The notes beneath the pieces are model-generated. The model made no database searches. It worked only from the letters and a program-made list of their open reading frames with translations, and was not told where the DNA came from. From Phycisphaerae bacterium (GTDB taxonomy: Bacteria > Planctomycetota > Phycisphaerae > UBA1845 > Fen-1342), in NCBI GenBank assembly GCA_963675745.2, contig CAXXWX010000001.1, positions 96,001-160,000 of the forward strand: a DNA stretch of 64,000 nucleotides, given 5' to 3'. Shown here piece after piece: positions 29,701 to 40,200 of this stretch; positions within the stretch are counted from its first letter, which is position 1; every line of letters starts with the position of its first letter. The position numbers and the translations under genes were made by a program.

Positions 29701-32700
29701 GGTGACGACCCCGGTGGCGTCTGACTGTCCGGAGGGCGCGCTAATCGTGACGTTGGTCGCACCGCCGGTCGCCACTTCAAGCGTGACATCATGGTTGGGG
29801 ATGGGGTTGTTGGTGACGTCGCGCAGCGTGATCGTGACGGTCTCGACATCGACGCCGTTGGCCACCGCCGATCCGTCGGTGGCAGTCACCGTGGAATTGG
29901 CGGCGCTGGCGGAACTGGCGGTGAAGGCAACGGCGGCCGTCTGAGCGATGGTGACTGTGTCGGTCGCGTCCGTGGCCTCAAACGTGACGTTCTTGGCCTG
30001 AGTTGAACTGACGGCGAAGGTTACCGCGCCGGCTGCGTCTGTCGTGGTTCCGCCCGGCGCACTGATCGTCACGTTCGCCGCCCCGCCGGCCGAAACTGCC
30101 AGCGAGACGGTGTTGCCGGCCACGGGATTGTTGTTTGCGTCGAATAGTGTGACGGTGATGGTGTCGGTGTCGACGCCATCCGAAAGCGCTGTGCCGGCGG
30201 TGGCGACGACCGTGGAGTTGGCCGCATTTGTTGTAGCCGCTGAGAAAGTCACATCGGCCGTGTCAGTAACGGGGACGGCTTCGGTCGTATCAGTTGCGGC
30301 CAGCGTGACCGTCTTGGCCTCGGTCGAGCTGACGGTGAATACGGCCTGGCCAGCACCGTCGGTAACGACCGGCGCGCTGATGGTGACATTAGCGGCGCCG
30401 CCGGCGGAGACCGCCAGCGCGACCGTGTTGCCCGCGACGGGGTTGTTGTTCGCATCCAACAGCGTAACGGTGATCGCTTCAGCGTCGATCCCATCCGCAA
30501 TCCCGGTACCATCCGCCGCAACGACGGTGGACGTGCCGGCACTCGTCGGGCCGACGGTGAACGTCACGTTCGCCGTCTGCGTGACAATCACCGAGCTCGT
30601 GGTGTCGTTGGCCTGGAACGTGACGGTCTTGGCGACGGTCGACGTTACGGTGAATGCGGCCTGTCCAGCAATGTCCGTCACGACTGGGTTGGGAGTCATG
30701 ACGACGCCGGTCGCATCGCCAACCACCTGCAACTGAACCGAGTGTCCAGAGACGGGGACAAACGCCACGTCAGCCAGCGTCACGGTGATGATGTCGTTGT
30801 CGACGCCATCGGCGACCGCCGTGCCGGTCGCGGCCACGACTGTCGAATTGCCGGCGTCGGTGGAACCGGACACGAAGTTGATAGTCGCCGAGTCTTCGAG
30901 TGTGACATTGTCGTTCGTGTCGGTCGCGATGATCTGTACAAGCTTGGCAACCGTCGAGGTGACGTTGAGCGTGACCTGACCAGCGCCGTCCGTCGCGGCC
31001 GGGGCGTCAACCGTCACCCCTGTGGCGTCACCGGCCACTGAGAGTTGCACAGTGTGGCCAGAGACCGGGTTGTCGTTGGCGTCATGGAGCGTGACCGTTA
31101 CGGCCTTGAATGCCGCCCCGTCGGCCTGGACATCGCCGGCCGGGGCCGTCACCGTCGAGCGGGTGGTACGGGAATCGGTACGACCAACGACAAAGTTGAC
31201 GATCGCGGTATTCGTGATCGTGATGTTCGCGCCGGTCGTGTCGGTGGCCTGGAACGTGACGGACTGCACGGAACTGGACTCGACCTGGAAATGTGCGACG
31301 CCGGCGCTGTTGGTCACTCCGGCACCGGAGCCCAGGTTCAACGGCGTGATCGTCACATCTCCGGCGTTGCCGACGGTGACCGCTAGCGAGACGGTGCGGC
31401 CGATGGCCGGGTTGCCAAGAGCGTTGAGGCACGTGACGACCACGACGTCGCTGTCAACACCGTCGGTCTGAGCCGTCCCGTCGACCGGATCGGCGTAGGA
31501 CAATCCGGCATTGCTGATGTTCTCGGTGAAGGTGATCGTCTCGGTGGCGGTAACCGTTACGCCGTCAGTGGTATCAACCGCCTCGAACTCGGTGCCGCCC
31601 GGGTCGTGCTCCGTGTCCGAGCGCACCAGAAAAGTCGCGACGCCGGCGGAATTCGTCGTCACGGGGGAGGTGACAACCGTCACGCCGCCACCATTGTTGA
31701 TCGCGGTCAGGGTTACGGTGTGGCCGGTCACGATTGGGTTGCCGGCGGCGTTGCGTAATGTGACGGTGATCTGCTCAGTGTCCACATCGTCCGCGATCGC
31801 GGTGCCGTCAACCGAGGCTATGGTCGAGTTGCCGGCGTCGCTTTGAGTCGCGGTGAAAGTCACCGTATCTGTGGCCGTGATCGTCACGTCAGGAGCGGGC
31901 GTGGTATCAACAGCCTCGAACACCGTGGCGCCGGGATCATGCACAGTGATGGACGACACGACGAAGGTGACGACGCCCGATGCATCGGTGGTACCGGTGG
32001 CCGGGTCGATCGTCACGCCGCCGCCATTGCTGGAGGCGGTCAGGTCAACACTGTGACCGGCGATGGGGTTACCGGCGGCATTCAGCAGCGTCACGGTGAT
32101 GACGTCGGTATCCACGCCATCGGCCACGGCGGTGCCGCTGGTAGCCACTACGGTTGATGTCCCGGCATCGACCTCGTTGGCAACGAACAAAACCGTCGCC
32201 GTCGCGGTGATCGCCAGATCAGGGTTGGCGGTGATATCGCGCGCCTCAAACTCGGTGCCGGCGGGATCATGTTCGGCGGTTGATGAAACGCGGAACACCA
32301 CCTGCCCGGCACCATCGGAAACATCGGATTCGGTAGCGATCGACACGCCGGTGCCATTTGCGATCGCGGTCAGACTCACGCGGTGCCCGACGACCGGCGC
32401 AGCCACGCCGTCCAGCAGCGTTACGGTGATCAGCTCGGTGTCGGCACCGTCGACAATCGCGCTGCCATCGGCGGCAGTGACGGTCGAGTTCGCCGCGTCG
32501 GTCTCGTTTTCGTGGAACTGAATCTCCACGCGCGTCGTGATTGTCTCGTCCGGGTTCTCGGTCGTGTCCTCGAACTCGAACTCCGTGGCGCTGGGGTCTT
32601 CGTGCGCGGTGTTGGATACCACCTCGAAGATCACATACCCGTTGGCGTCCGATGTCAGGTCGTTTGCAACCGACGAGACACCGCCACCGTTGGCCGTCGC

Positions 32701-32967
32701 CGTCAGGTGCACGACGTGTCCCGCGACCGGCAGCCCGCCGGCATCGAGCAGGCGCACGACGATGACGCCGCGGTCCGTGCCGTCGGCCAGCACGCTGTCA
32801 TCGGCGGCGAAGACCTGTGACACGCTCCCGTCGGTTTGCGCAAAGGCACCGACCGGCAGTGCGGCCATCAGCAGCACGATTGCCAGCAGCTTTCCCGTGC
32901 CGACCCCACGCGCTGTCAGAAACGCCCGAAGATTCTGGTTTGGGAGAACGCTCTTCCCGCTCTGCAT
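26764..32967 (-). CDS. Giant invasin/intimin-like surface protein: 10 Big_1 Ig repeats, Cys-containing Ig domain, 3 CARDB-like domains, DxDGDG Ca-binding (TSP3-like) repeats, C-terminal Cys-Gly/TM/poly-Arg tail
   Basis: GGAGG before ATG 32967; signal peptide ending AFA-Q. Repeats of S.V.A..G.A.ADG.D...ITVTL.D...NPV.G..V.L; (L/I)D....[14 protein letters not shown]; tail [29 protein letters not shown]. Confidence 0.85.
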   Translation of the reverse strand: MQSGKSVLPNQNLRAFLTARGVGTGKLLAIVLLMAALPVGAFAQTDGSVSQVFAADDSVLADGTDRGVIVVRLLDAGGLPVAGHVVHLTATANGGGVSSVANDLTSDANGYVIFEVVSNTAHEDPSATEFEFEDTTENPDETITTRVEIQFHENETDAANSTVTAADGSAIVDGADTELITVTLLDGVAAPVVGHRVSLTAIANGTGVSIATESDVSDGAGQVVFRVSSTAEHDPAGTEFEARDITANPDLAITATATVLFVANEVDAGTSTVVATSGTAVADGVDTDVITVTLLNAAGNPIAGHSVDLTASSNGGGVTIDPATGTTDASGVVTFVVSSITVHDPGATVFEAVDTTPAPDVTITATDTVTFTATQSDAGNSTIASVDGTAIADDVDTEQITVTLRNAAGNPIVTGHTVTLTAINNGGGVTVVTSPVTTNSAGVATFLVRSDTEHDPGGTEFEAVDTTDGVTVTATETITFTENISNAGLSYADPVDGTAQTDGVDSDVVVVTCLNALGNPAIGRTVSLAVTVGNAGDVTITPLNLGSGAGVTNSAGVAHFQVESSSVQSVTFQATDTTGANITITNTAIVNFVVGRTDSRTTRSTVTAPAGDVQADGAAFKAVTVTLHDANDNPVSGHTVQLSVAGDATGVTVDAPAATDGAGQVTLNVTSTVAKLVQIIATDTNDNVTLEDSATINFVSGSTDAGNSTVVAATGTAVADGVDNDIITVTLADVAFVPVSGHSVQLQVVGDATGVVMTPNPVVTDIAGQAAFTVTSTVAKTVTFQANDTTSSVIVTQTANVTFTVGPTSAGTSTVVAADGTGIADGIDAEAITVTLLDANNNPVAGNTVALAVSAGGAANVTISAPVVTDGAGQAVFTVSSTEAKTVTLAATDTTEAVPVTDTADVTFSAATTNAANSTVVATAGTALSDGVDTDTITVTLFDANNNPVAGNTVSLAVSAGGAANVTISAPGGTTTDAAGAVTFAVSSTQAKNVTFEATDATDTVTIAQTAAVAFTASSASAANSTVTATDGSAVANGVDVETVTITLRDVTNNPIPNHDVTLEVATGGATNVTISAPSGQSDATGVVTFDVTATEAKTVTLRAIDATDSVTITQQATIVFDPGAATGLRYVVQPSNSDISTPLVVSVEVIDASNNRVVGNNDPIALTLVNPAGCGGTLGGTATINAVAGLAEWTATENLTVDTVCSGYRLTATSAALTVNSNLFSITAGTDLSGPTITLAQTSTTTDLSITYTVTGSTTVDPFRITFGLERDPNNATPIDTEFGFVDVNDASSRAPGVHTVSLGDIRPDLNGIVRNGDQLVVQLDSANAILETIETDNFATRTLNVDLAVELVIASIRGASSSARVTYVVNSPADVPSFTVRLGLDTTGDGAIDDVLRDTVTAADQVTPSAHTMTIDLPTEFLSRGITTASNVVVVAELDPVGLVTESEEVTNNVASTAEAFTVDLVLTRLAFPGTALDEDFSATINYSVNENQVSEDFTIAFYVSADSDIDSLAGDVQFATVTITDAADKTVGAHSRTVTLNIPSTAFADVNFFLKAQIDDGAAVTEQDETNNIAATPNSTADPNADIDGDGLIRRDEEEGFLIPAGVVFPADNAGSPEIPAENTRTFDTEIDTDDDGLSDSLERQINTNPADSDTDNDGLTDGEEDVNRDGVVDANETDPRMWDTDGDGLSDKEEGDGFTLTRFPADSISGRFQSQYVTRVMTNPRVADTDGDGISDWDEVNTWARWAILAEDANGDGALNDGEDLNANGDLDFASLVTESIGLSDLIARRGRAVSKPIPGIRTDPTLADTDEDGLPDATDPAPQINPARWGFDANGDGVFDDADLTQFRADFQAAGENVDDFPATIAEFQRLLLDFDQDGDGVLEAPDANGDGFPDFTRYNEATLEQAFGIDFSNDGTLSDGYDVGGLGQGTAGPFDPRAGSANQGAALFGTYRLIRDTNGAIVGNGWLDLLDDPTEQLIPTDNCPTASNANQLDYDGDGLGDACDADLDNDGVPNELDPLAQSPTEAQPAPAVPFCGFAMMPVIVACLVGLHLLRQSERRRR

Positions 32968-33260
32968 GACGAAACCTCCGAGTTGGAGCGTGATTTGTAA
33001 GCGACTCATGTCGTTCATACTCCGCACTGGCTGGAAAACCAGCGCGATGAACTACGCGGATACGAAACCACATCACCCGCCGCAATCCATTCACGGGCGC
33101 TACTGCCAGACGTCAGTCATCCATGCGACGCCTTATCTGATTGTCCAGTCGCCTTGTGCGGTCAGCGGCCAGCGGTGCCGCATGATCGCCAAGTGCCCGG
33201 CCCGTCACATTCTAGGCGCGCCACGGCGCCCGTTCGAGTCGTCTTTGCGTGCCGCGCTGA

Positions 33261-34382
33261 TTACGGTGTCGCACCAAGGCCCGCGGGCCCGACGGTGCGC
33301 CGCCCACCCGCTCCGGTTCCCGGGATGGCGAGCTGCTGCAATCCACGAAAGCCCAGACCGCGGCTGCCGGTCTGCTCCAGTACCGCGGCGGCGGCGTTAT
33401 TCAACTGGATCGCAGTGACACCCTCGCCGACGTTGCGAAGATTCTGCACGCTGAGCGAGGCCGGCGAGAGCAGCGGCACCTGGTTAGCGGCGTCAAACGG
33501 CTGGGTTTCCGCCGAGCCACCACGCGTGCTCGACCGCGATGACCGGGAAATCTGCTGCACAGTCTGGCGGATTTCCGGATTGAAGCGGTACTCACGCAAG
33601 CGCGCGACGACGTACTTCGCCCCGGCATACTGGTCCCAGGCGATGATCTTGCGGAACAACTTGGCTTCTATGTCACTGCGCGCGGCCTGAGCCGAGGCTA
33701 CGCCGAGCACGCGTCCGGGCGACTGGTCAAAGCCGGTGTCAGCCGACCACTGGTCGAGTGAACCAAGCGTCTGCTCACCGTCGCGCGAGATGGCCAGCAA
33801 CTTGCCGGATTCGAGTTCGACCGAATCGTCGCCGACCAGGATTTCCGTCGCGGTGCCATCGCTGGTTATGAATCCCAGATCGAGCGTATCCGGACCGCGC
33901 CGCACAAACGTCCGCCCGGGCGGCGCCGCGACTTCCACGATGTTCTCGGTGTCAGGCAAGTCGTCCATGGGGATCAGCAATGTGGTCCCTATTTCAAACT
34001 CGTCGACGCCGGCGGCCTCCAGCATCAGGCTGCCATCACGCAGCTCAATGGCCACGCCACCCGTCAGATCATCGAGCGTTACGGCCAGCTCGGCCGGCCC
34101 GACCAGCACGGCGACCACCCCGGTATCGGCGAACATCATCACACGCTGGCCGGCGCTGACGCGCAGCACACCCGGGAAGACGGTGCTGCCCAGCGAAAGA
34201 AACTGAGCCTCCGCCTCGTCGATCTCCAGCGTGACGGCTTCGCGGTCGGTGGTTGACGTCACGACGAAGAGCTCTTGCGCAAACGCCGGAGCCCCGGCAA
34301 CCGCACATAGCACGACCAACACCAGCGGCCATCGCCCCACCCGAACGCCGCCGACCGCACCTGATTTGCTCTCAGTATTCAT
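33261..34382 (-). CDS. Exported protein, possibly FecR-like beta domain
   Basis: Signal peptide (..APAFAQ). LRVSAGQRVMMFADTGVVAVLVGPAELAV...IELRDGSL resembles the FecR periplasmic domain. Translationally coupled to the upstream gene (shared base 34382). Confidence 0.5.
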   Translation of the reverse strand: MNTESKSGAVGGVRVGRWPLVLVVLCAVAGAPAFAQELFVVTSTTDREAVTLEIDEAEAQFLSLGSTVFPGVLRVSAGQRVMMFADTGVVAVLVGPAELAVTLDDLTGGVAIELRDGSLMLEAAGVDEFEIGTTLLIPMDDLPDTENIVEVAAPPGRTFVRRGPDTLDLGFITSDGTATEILVGDDSVELESGKLLAISRDGEQTLGSLDQWSADTGFDQSPGRVLGVASAQAARSDIEAKLFRKIIAWDQYAGAKYVVARLREYRFNPEIRQTVQQISRSSRSSTRGGSAETQPFDAANQVPLLSPASLSVQNLRNVGEGVTAIQLNNAAAAVLEQTGSRGLGFRGLQQLAIPGTGAGGRRTVGPAGLGATP

Positions 34383-36403
34383 CAGAAGGCCACCTCAAGT
34401 CGCACGCCGTAGATCGCACGGTCGTACTCGTAAATATCTTCGCCCAGGCGGTTCCAGATGTTCGAGTCTTCGAGAATAACCTCGACTCCGGCGCGGAGCT
34501 TCATGGCGAGCGTGCGCCAATCTTCGCGCTCGCCGGCGTCGATAATCGTGTAGGTCAGGCCAAAGTCGTAGCGCTGCCCGAAATTGGAGCGCTCCTTGCG
34601 CTCGTAGTCGAAGATGCTGGCGCTGCTGTGGTCCTCCCAACTGAATTCGCCGTCAACTTCGAAGGCAAGCCGGTAGGGCAACGGAACCTCGACACCCCAC
34701 AGAATCGAGTGGCCGCGCAGGTCGAACTCCGTGCCGCGCGTGCGTTCGTCACGGTAGGCATACCCGATATAGACATTGAGCCACTCGTCGCCGAAGAGCT
34801 CACGTTCTTTTTCGTGCGTGTCGAAGTACGGTTGCATGTAGGGAAGATTCTGGGCCTGCACGATGAAGAACGTGTGCTGAGCACCGACCGCCTGGTACGT
34901 GCCGTCACGCTCCAGCCGAAAATCACTGATGGGCTCGAGGTAGTTGCGGTCGTCAAAGGTGTAGTAAAAGTCGGTGCGCCCCCGGTCGATCGCGACGCGG
35001 CTCTCATCCTCCATCCGCCAACTCCAGGAGATCACCGGCGTCAGTCGGTGGCTGGAGATGAACGGGTCGTGGCCGAGCATGGTGTAGGAATACTCGTACT
35101 GCAAGCCAACGTACAAGTCGCGCATCGGCTGCCAATTGGCATACGCGCGACCGGAATACCGGTTCACGTCGAACTCGGTGATGTTGGGCTGCCATACGTA
35201 TGAAGCGCTGCCGCCAAACCCCAGGGTGAGGCTTTCGCCGGGGATCGGCATTTCATCGCCCGTGAGGTAGCGGCTGATGTTGAAATCGGCCAGCGTATCG
35301 AAGCGGTAGTCTTCGGACTGCTTGATGCCGAGCGGCAACGCCGTGTCGTGGCCGAGCAGGATCACATTGGTGTCAAAGGCGTTGCCGATTTGCAGACGGC
35401 CTTCGAGTTCCCAGGGGCCGAGCGGCGCGGGCACTGGCAGCGTCATGCGGTCCTGCCCGCCTCGCTGCACTTCATCAAGCTTGTTCACGACGGCTTCGGC
35501 ATTGCGCGCCAGCAGTGTCCCTTCAGCGCGCTCGATCACTTCGAGGAACAATTGACGTGCCAACTGATTGTCGCGCTGCAAAATGCTCAACAGCGCGTTG
35601 TAGTAGGTAATGACGGTCTTGAAGTCCTCGAGCTCACCCGGCGTGATGCGGTTGGCCATGCTGTCCTGTTGGGCGAGTTCAGCAGCGCGCTCCAGATCCT
35701 GCACGGCCTGTTCAACGGCGCGGGCCGCTTCGGTGCGCATCCTCAGGCGACCGTATTCGTCGGCCAGGCGATAGTGGGCAACGCCGAGATAGAAGTAGCC
35801 GAAGCGATCTTGAGCACCGTCTTCGGTCTCGCTCACGTAGCGGGTGAGAGTCTCTTCAGCCCGTTGGGCAAGCTGGAAGGGCTCATCGTCCAGCGAGGCC
35901 GGCTGGTCCTTGGCGAGTTGAGCGATGCCGAGCAAAAGCGCGGCGCGCACCATCTCGGCGGTCGGGTCCACCTGCCCAACTACGTTTTCGAAGTGCTGCT
36001 GTGCGATCTCGAATTGTGCGCGCGCGGCGGCGGCCTCATCGAGCTGAGTCGCCAGGGCGGCGGCCTCCGCCGGTTCATCACCGGCGGCTTGCGCGCTTTG
36101 GGCCTCGCCGCCGGCGGCCTGGGCCGCGGTGGCATGATCAAGACCGCGATCAAGCGCGATCAGGCCCAGGTAGTAAGCGCATGCGACGGCCCGGGGGCCC
36201 TGCGGGTCGGACGCGAGCAGGCGGTCGAAGATCTCGGCGGCACTCTCGCGGTCTTCCGCCAGATAGGCGCGGATGGCACGGTTTAGATCGATGAGTTCAG
36301 TGCTGGGGGCCGCCGCGGGCTCCTCTTGTGCGGCCGCCGGCACCGCGACGTACGCCAGGCCCAGAAGCGACCACGCCGCTGCCATGGTGAATAGCGCTTT
36401 CAT
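34382..36403 (-). CDS. TPR-containing outer-membrane beta-barrel protein (Slam-like architecture)
   Basis: ATG 36403 and signal peptide; TPR-like helices (AYYLGLIAL, YFYLGVAHY); C-terminal ~310 aa of amphipathic strands starting near AFDTNV; ends YGVRLEVAF (terminal Phe, BAM-type signal). Confidence 0.75.
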   Translation of the reverse strand: MKALFTMAAAWSLLGLAYVAVPAAAQEEPAAAPSTELIDLNRAIRAYLAEDRESAAEIFDRLLASDPQGPRAVACAYYLGLIALDRGLDHATAAQAAGGEAQSAQAAGDEPAEAAALATQLDEAAAARAQFEIAQQHFENVVGQVDPTAEMVRAALLLGIAQLAKDQPASLDDEPFQLAQRAEETLTRYVSETEDGAQDRFGYFYLGVAHYRLADEYGRLRMRTEAARAVEQAVQDLERAAELAQQDSMANRITPGELEDFKTVITYYNALLSILQRDNQLARQLFLEVIERAEGTLLARNAEAVVNKLDEVQRGGQDRMTLPVPAPLGPWELEGRLQIGNAFDTNVILLGHDTALPLGIKQSEDYRFDTLADFNISRYLTGDEMPIPGESLTLGFGGSASYVWQPNITEFDVNRYSGRAYANWQPMRDLYVGLQYEYSYTMLGHDPFISSHRLTPVISWSWRMEDESRVAIDRGRTDFYYTFDDRNYLEPISDFRLERDGTYQAVGAQHTFFIVQAQNLPYMQPYFDTHEKERELFGDEWLNVYIGYAYRDERTRGTEFDLRGHSILWGVEVPLPYRLAFEVDGEFSWEDHSSASIFDYERKERSNFGQRYDFGLTYTIIDAGEREDWRTLAMKLRAGVEVILEDSNIWNRLGEDIYEYDRAIYGVRLEVAF

Positions 36404-36514
36404 ATGCAACACCCCACGGGGTTGGCATAGGGCGGCACGTCCACCGACGCGCCAGCCCCCTTCCGACTCGCTTGACCCAGACCGCGCCCCACACACCTGA
36501 CGGCGACCGGTCTA

Positions 36515-36688
36515 CTAAGTCGTCGCCTGCGTCACAAGTGAGATGGTTTGACCGAGCATGTCGGCGGTTACGCGCGCAAACTCGGTGCGCAGGAAATCAA
36601 ACAACTGCTGCTGCGAGGCGCACCCCCCCAACGCCAAGCACACACCGCCGGGCACAAACCATCTGCTCATTTTCATGACAATGCGCAT
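36515..36688 (-). CDS. Small putative lipoprotein (57 aa)
   Basis: GGAG upstream of ATG 36688; lipobox LGGC; amphipathic helix; ends QATT. Confidence 0.65.
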   Translation of the reverse strand: MRIVMKMSRWFVPGGVCLALGGCASQQQLFDFLRTEFARVTADMLGQTISLVTQATT

Positions 36689-36708
36689 ATTGAGCTCCAT
36701 CTCCCGCG

Positions 36709-36909
36709 TCAGGTCGTCATCCGGACCAGCGCGTTGTCCAGCAAAAAGAAGATCGTGTCCGAGATTACCGCGCCAATCTGCGGCAACAGCACCTGCTGCG
36801 CGATCACATTGTTCTGGTCGTTGAGCGCACAGGAGCCAGCCTGCAACAGCGCAGCTCCCCCACACACGCTCACGAGCCACTGCGCAAAACGCATCTTAGC
36901 GGTAGTCAT
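36709..36909 (-). CDS. Small putative lipoprotein (66 aa)
   Basis: GAGGAG about 10 nt upstream of ATG 36909; lipobox-like AGSC; amphipathic/hydrophobic helix; ends RMTT. Confidence 0.65.
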   Translation of the reverse strand: MTTAKMRFAQWLVSVCGGAALLQAGSCALNDQNNVIAQQVLLPQIGAVISDTIFFLLDNALVRMTT

Positions 36910-36997
36910 GAGAAATCACTCCTCGGGCTCACCGTTCAGCAGTCCTCGTGTTATACGACAACAACGACGATTTGACTTCGGCACGTAATATCGCGTA

Positions 36998-37026
36998 ACG
37001 CTATTCGAGCGCCTCGGGTAAGTCAA
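36998..37026 (-). promoter_or_regulatory. Candidate sigma70-type promoter for the minus-strand cluster
   Basis: TTGACT (37026-37021), 17-nt spacer, TAGCGT (37003-36998), in the divergent intergenic region. Confidence 0.35.
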
Positions 37027-37244
37027 GTCCGAGACGCGGGTTAGTTGTCGGCGCGGCGCGCGCGCCGACCCGGCAAGGGGACACACTGTAACGCCGTCAC
37101 TTCGGCGCCATTTTCCGCGCTACCATTGTCGTGAGACACGGAAGCGTATAAGAAGCGCATCTGTCCTGCTTGTGAGTGCAGGCGGATATCCCCTCACGGT
37201 GCCGGGGCTGGCTGGCGCCCGCGAACACCCAGGCGACTTTGGTC

Positions 37245-40200
37245 ATGGCCGCCACGTTTCGACGTCTTTTTCTCAAACCACCGTCCGCGACCCCGGAGCA
37301 GCTCGGTGAGCTGCGCGACGGGCTGCAAGCCGCGGCGCATGCGCAGAATCGCCTGGCGGCCAAGTCACTGCACATCCTGCAATTCCAGGGAGCACTCCAG
37401 GAGGACGAGCACCACTTCTTCATCGAGCACGAGCCGGCTGAGCCACTCGTCCTGGGCGATATATTCGACCCGAAGGGCATGCGCATGGCCGGCGGGCAAC
37501 TCGTGCAGATCCTGGCGGCCCTGGCCGACGCGTTGTCCGCGGCCCACTCCGCCGGCAGCGCTCGTTCGACCGTACACGGCGGGCTGGCCCCCGGCGTGCT
37601 CGTGGCCGGCGAAGACGGAGTGGTCAAGGTCACGGACTTTGGGTTCGCCGTGGAAGCCTGCCGCGCGCTGGGTGTTGAAAGCTACCTCAACCTCGCGGTC
37701 AGCCCCTGCGAGACCTCGACCGGCGAATGGGATGTTGCCGACCCCGGCGCAACGCATCGCGACGACCGCATATGCGCGTTCATCGACCCTGACAAGCACG
37801 GGCAGGGCACGCTGAGCACATTTGAAGCCGGTTCGGACATAATCGCCGCCGGCATGCTGCTGTACGTTCTCGCCGAACATGTTCACCCCTACCTGCACTC
37901 CATACCCGGGGCCCAGCGCATCGTGGACATCTCGCGGATGTCGGCGTATGGGGTCCCACGCCCCGTGCAGCGGGAGGATCTGTGCTCGACGAAGAAGCCG
38001 GCGCTGCGCGCGTGGGTCTCGCTCGTCGAGGGCATGATCACGCGCGAGCCGGCCAAGCGTCCCTCGGCCCGGCAGGTTGCCGAAGAGATAGAGAAGCACG
38101 CCAAGGGTGTCGACAGCGAGAGCATCCAGGTTCAGCGCTGGCTCGCCCAGGTGGAGGCCATGTTCGGCGCGCGCCAGTGGGATGAGCTCGAGGCGCTGCT
38201 GCGAGATCGGCCGGCCCTGGACGACCAACCCGTAGAGGTACATGACCGGCTGACCACAATTGAGGATCAGTCCAAGCGTGAGCGGGCGGCTGATGAGCGC
38301 CGCGCGGCGGTCGAACGCGACCATCGCATGGCCAACTGGTGGTTCAAGAGCCTGGAGGAAGCCGTCAACTCGGATGAGTGGCACACGGCCTACCGACTGC
38401 TGGACGAACGCCCGCCCTTGACGCACTGGCCGGAGAGGATCGAGCAGCAAGTCGCGCCGCTGGCCAAGCGGATCAGACAGGTGCGTGCCGAGCATGAGCT
38501 GCACACCTGGCATGAATCCCTCCAGAACGCGCACGATGCGGAAGACTGGAAGACAGTGGCCACCCTGATCGGTAAGCGCCCGGCGCTGGAGCACTGGCCG
38601 CAGGACATTGCGGAGAACACCGCGCGCATCGAGGAGGCCTTCGAGGCACACCAGGCGGCCATGCGCGCCGAGCGCGAGCGCATTGCGGCCGACCACAAAG
38701 TGGCCCAGGAATGGCTTGGCCAAGCTCAGGCCCTGGCCGCCAAGGAAGAGTGGGTAAGTGCGATTGACAGTCTGGCCGAGCTGCCGCAGATCAAGCACTG
38801 GCCGGACGGCCTGCGCGAGCAGGTCGATGAGCTCGAGGATGAGTACCGCTCGCAGCTTGGCGAATCCGTCGTCGCCAATCTCGACGCCTTTACGGATAGT
38901 GTCGCGCGCCAGGCCGGTGAGATGGCGCGCGAACTCGTGCCGGATAGTTGTGGCGGCCTGCTCGCGCCTGACCGCGTGGAAACCAAGGTCGACTTCGTGA
39001 TGTGGGCGCCACCCGACACCGACGCACACGGGCGCGCGCGGGTGGTCGTGCGACTGACTCCGGAAACAGCCGGCGACAAGGCCGAACCGCTTCAGGGCCA
39101 ACTTGATTTTCGCCTGAAGGCTGTCGAGGTGCTGATCACAGGAGGCGAGGCCGAATTCCGCGCGCAGATCAGCCAGGGGCTGCCCGATCTGTTGTTTAAA
39201 CGCCAGCAGGCGGAGGTGGCGGCCCTGCAGGAGCGCCTGCGCGACAGCGTGTTTCCCAATCTCAGCGTCAGTGCTCAGCTCGACACGCCCGAGGAACAGC
39301 TCCGCGCGAAGATCGGCCTGCTGGGCAGCGACGCATCCACCGGCCAACTCGAGGTTGCCCTGCGCTGGGAGGCGGACAGCCTGACCTGGGTACCGGTCGA
39401 CGCGGCGGGTCTCGTGAGTCATGCGCTGGAAATCGCGCAGACAATCACCACGGCCGCGGTGCGCGAACGGCTCGTCACGAGTTGCGAGCCACTCGGGCCC
39501 TATCGCGACGCGCTGTTGCCGATTCTGGGTGCGGGCGCAGCCGAGAGCGGCGACAAGCTTCCCAAGACGCTGAAGTACACAGCCGAGGTCGTGATCCAGT
39601 CAGGGCCGCGCCGTCTGGCCTTGCCTTTAGCCGTCCTTGCTGTGGAGTGCACGGAGGTGGGTCGGGCGGATGTCAGCATCAACGCCGAGGAGATTTGTCG
39701 GCGGTTGGATGAGCTGCTGCTGGCGGCGCAGGAGAGCTATCGCGCCGGGTTGTTTGAACAGTCGCGGCAGTGGGGACACACCAGTACGGCCCGCGCGCGA
39801 GTTGCGGTCCAGCCCAAACGCATCACGGTCCCAACCGACGAGATCCGCTTTGATTTGCGCCCGCAGGGCGCCGACCCCGCCACAGTCACCGGGAAGTGGG
39901 ACACTGGGCGCTTCGCCTACGTTTTCTCGAACGAGGCCCAGCAGATCCTCACGAAGCTGCTGGGCGAAACGCCGGAGAACTTCGGGGATGTGCCGGTCTC
40001 ACTCGAGGCCGCCCAGAAGCGCGGCAAGAGCCGCGGCGGCTTGTTCGTTGGCGGAGCGGTCCTGGTGTTGGTGGCAGTGAGCGTGGTGGCGTACCTCGGC
40101 GTGTTCCGAACGCCAGCGCCGCCGCCGGCGCCGCCACCAGCACCAGTGGCGCCGCCGGACCCGATGAACTCGACCGTCACCACCGCGGACGGCATGGCGG

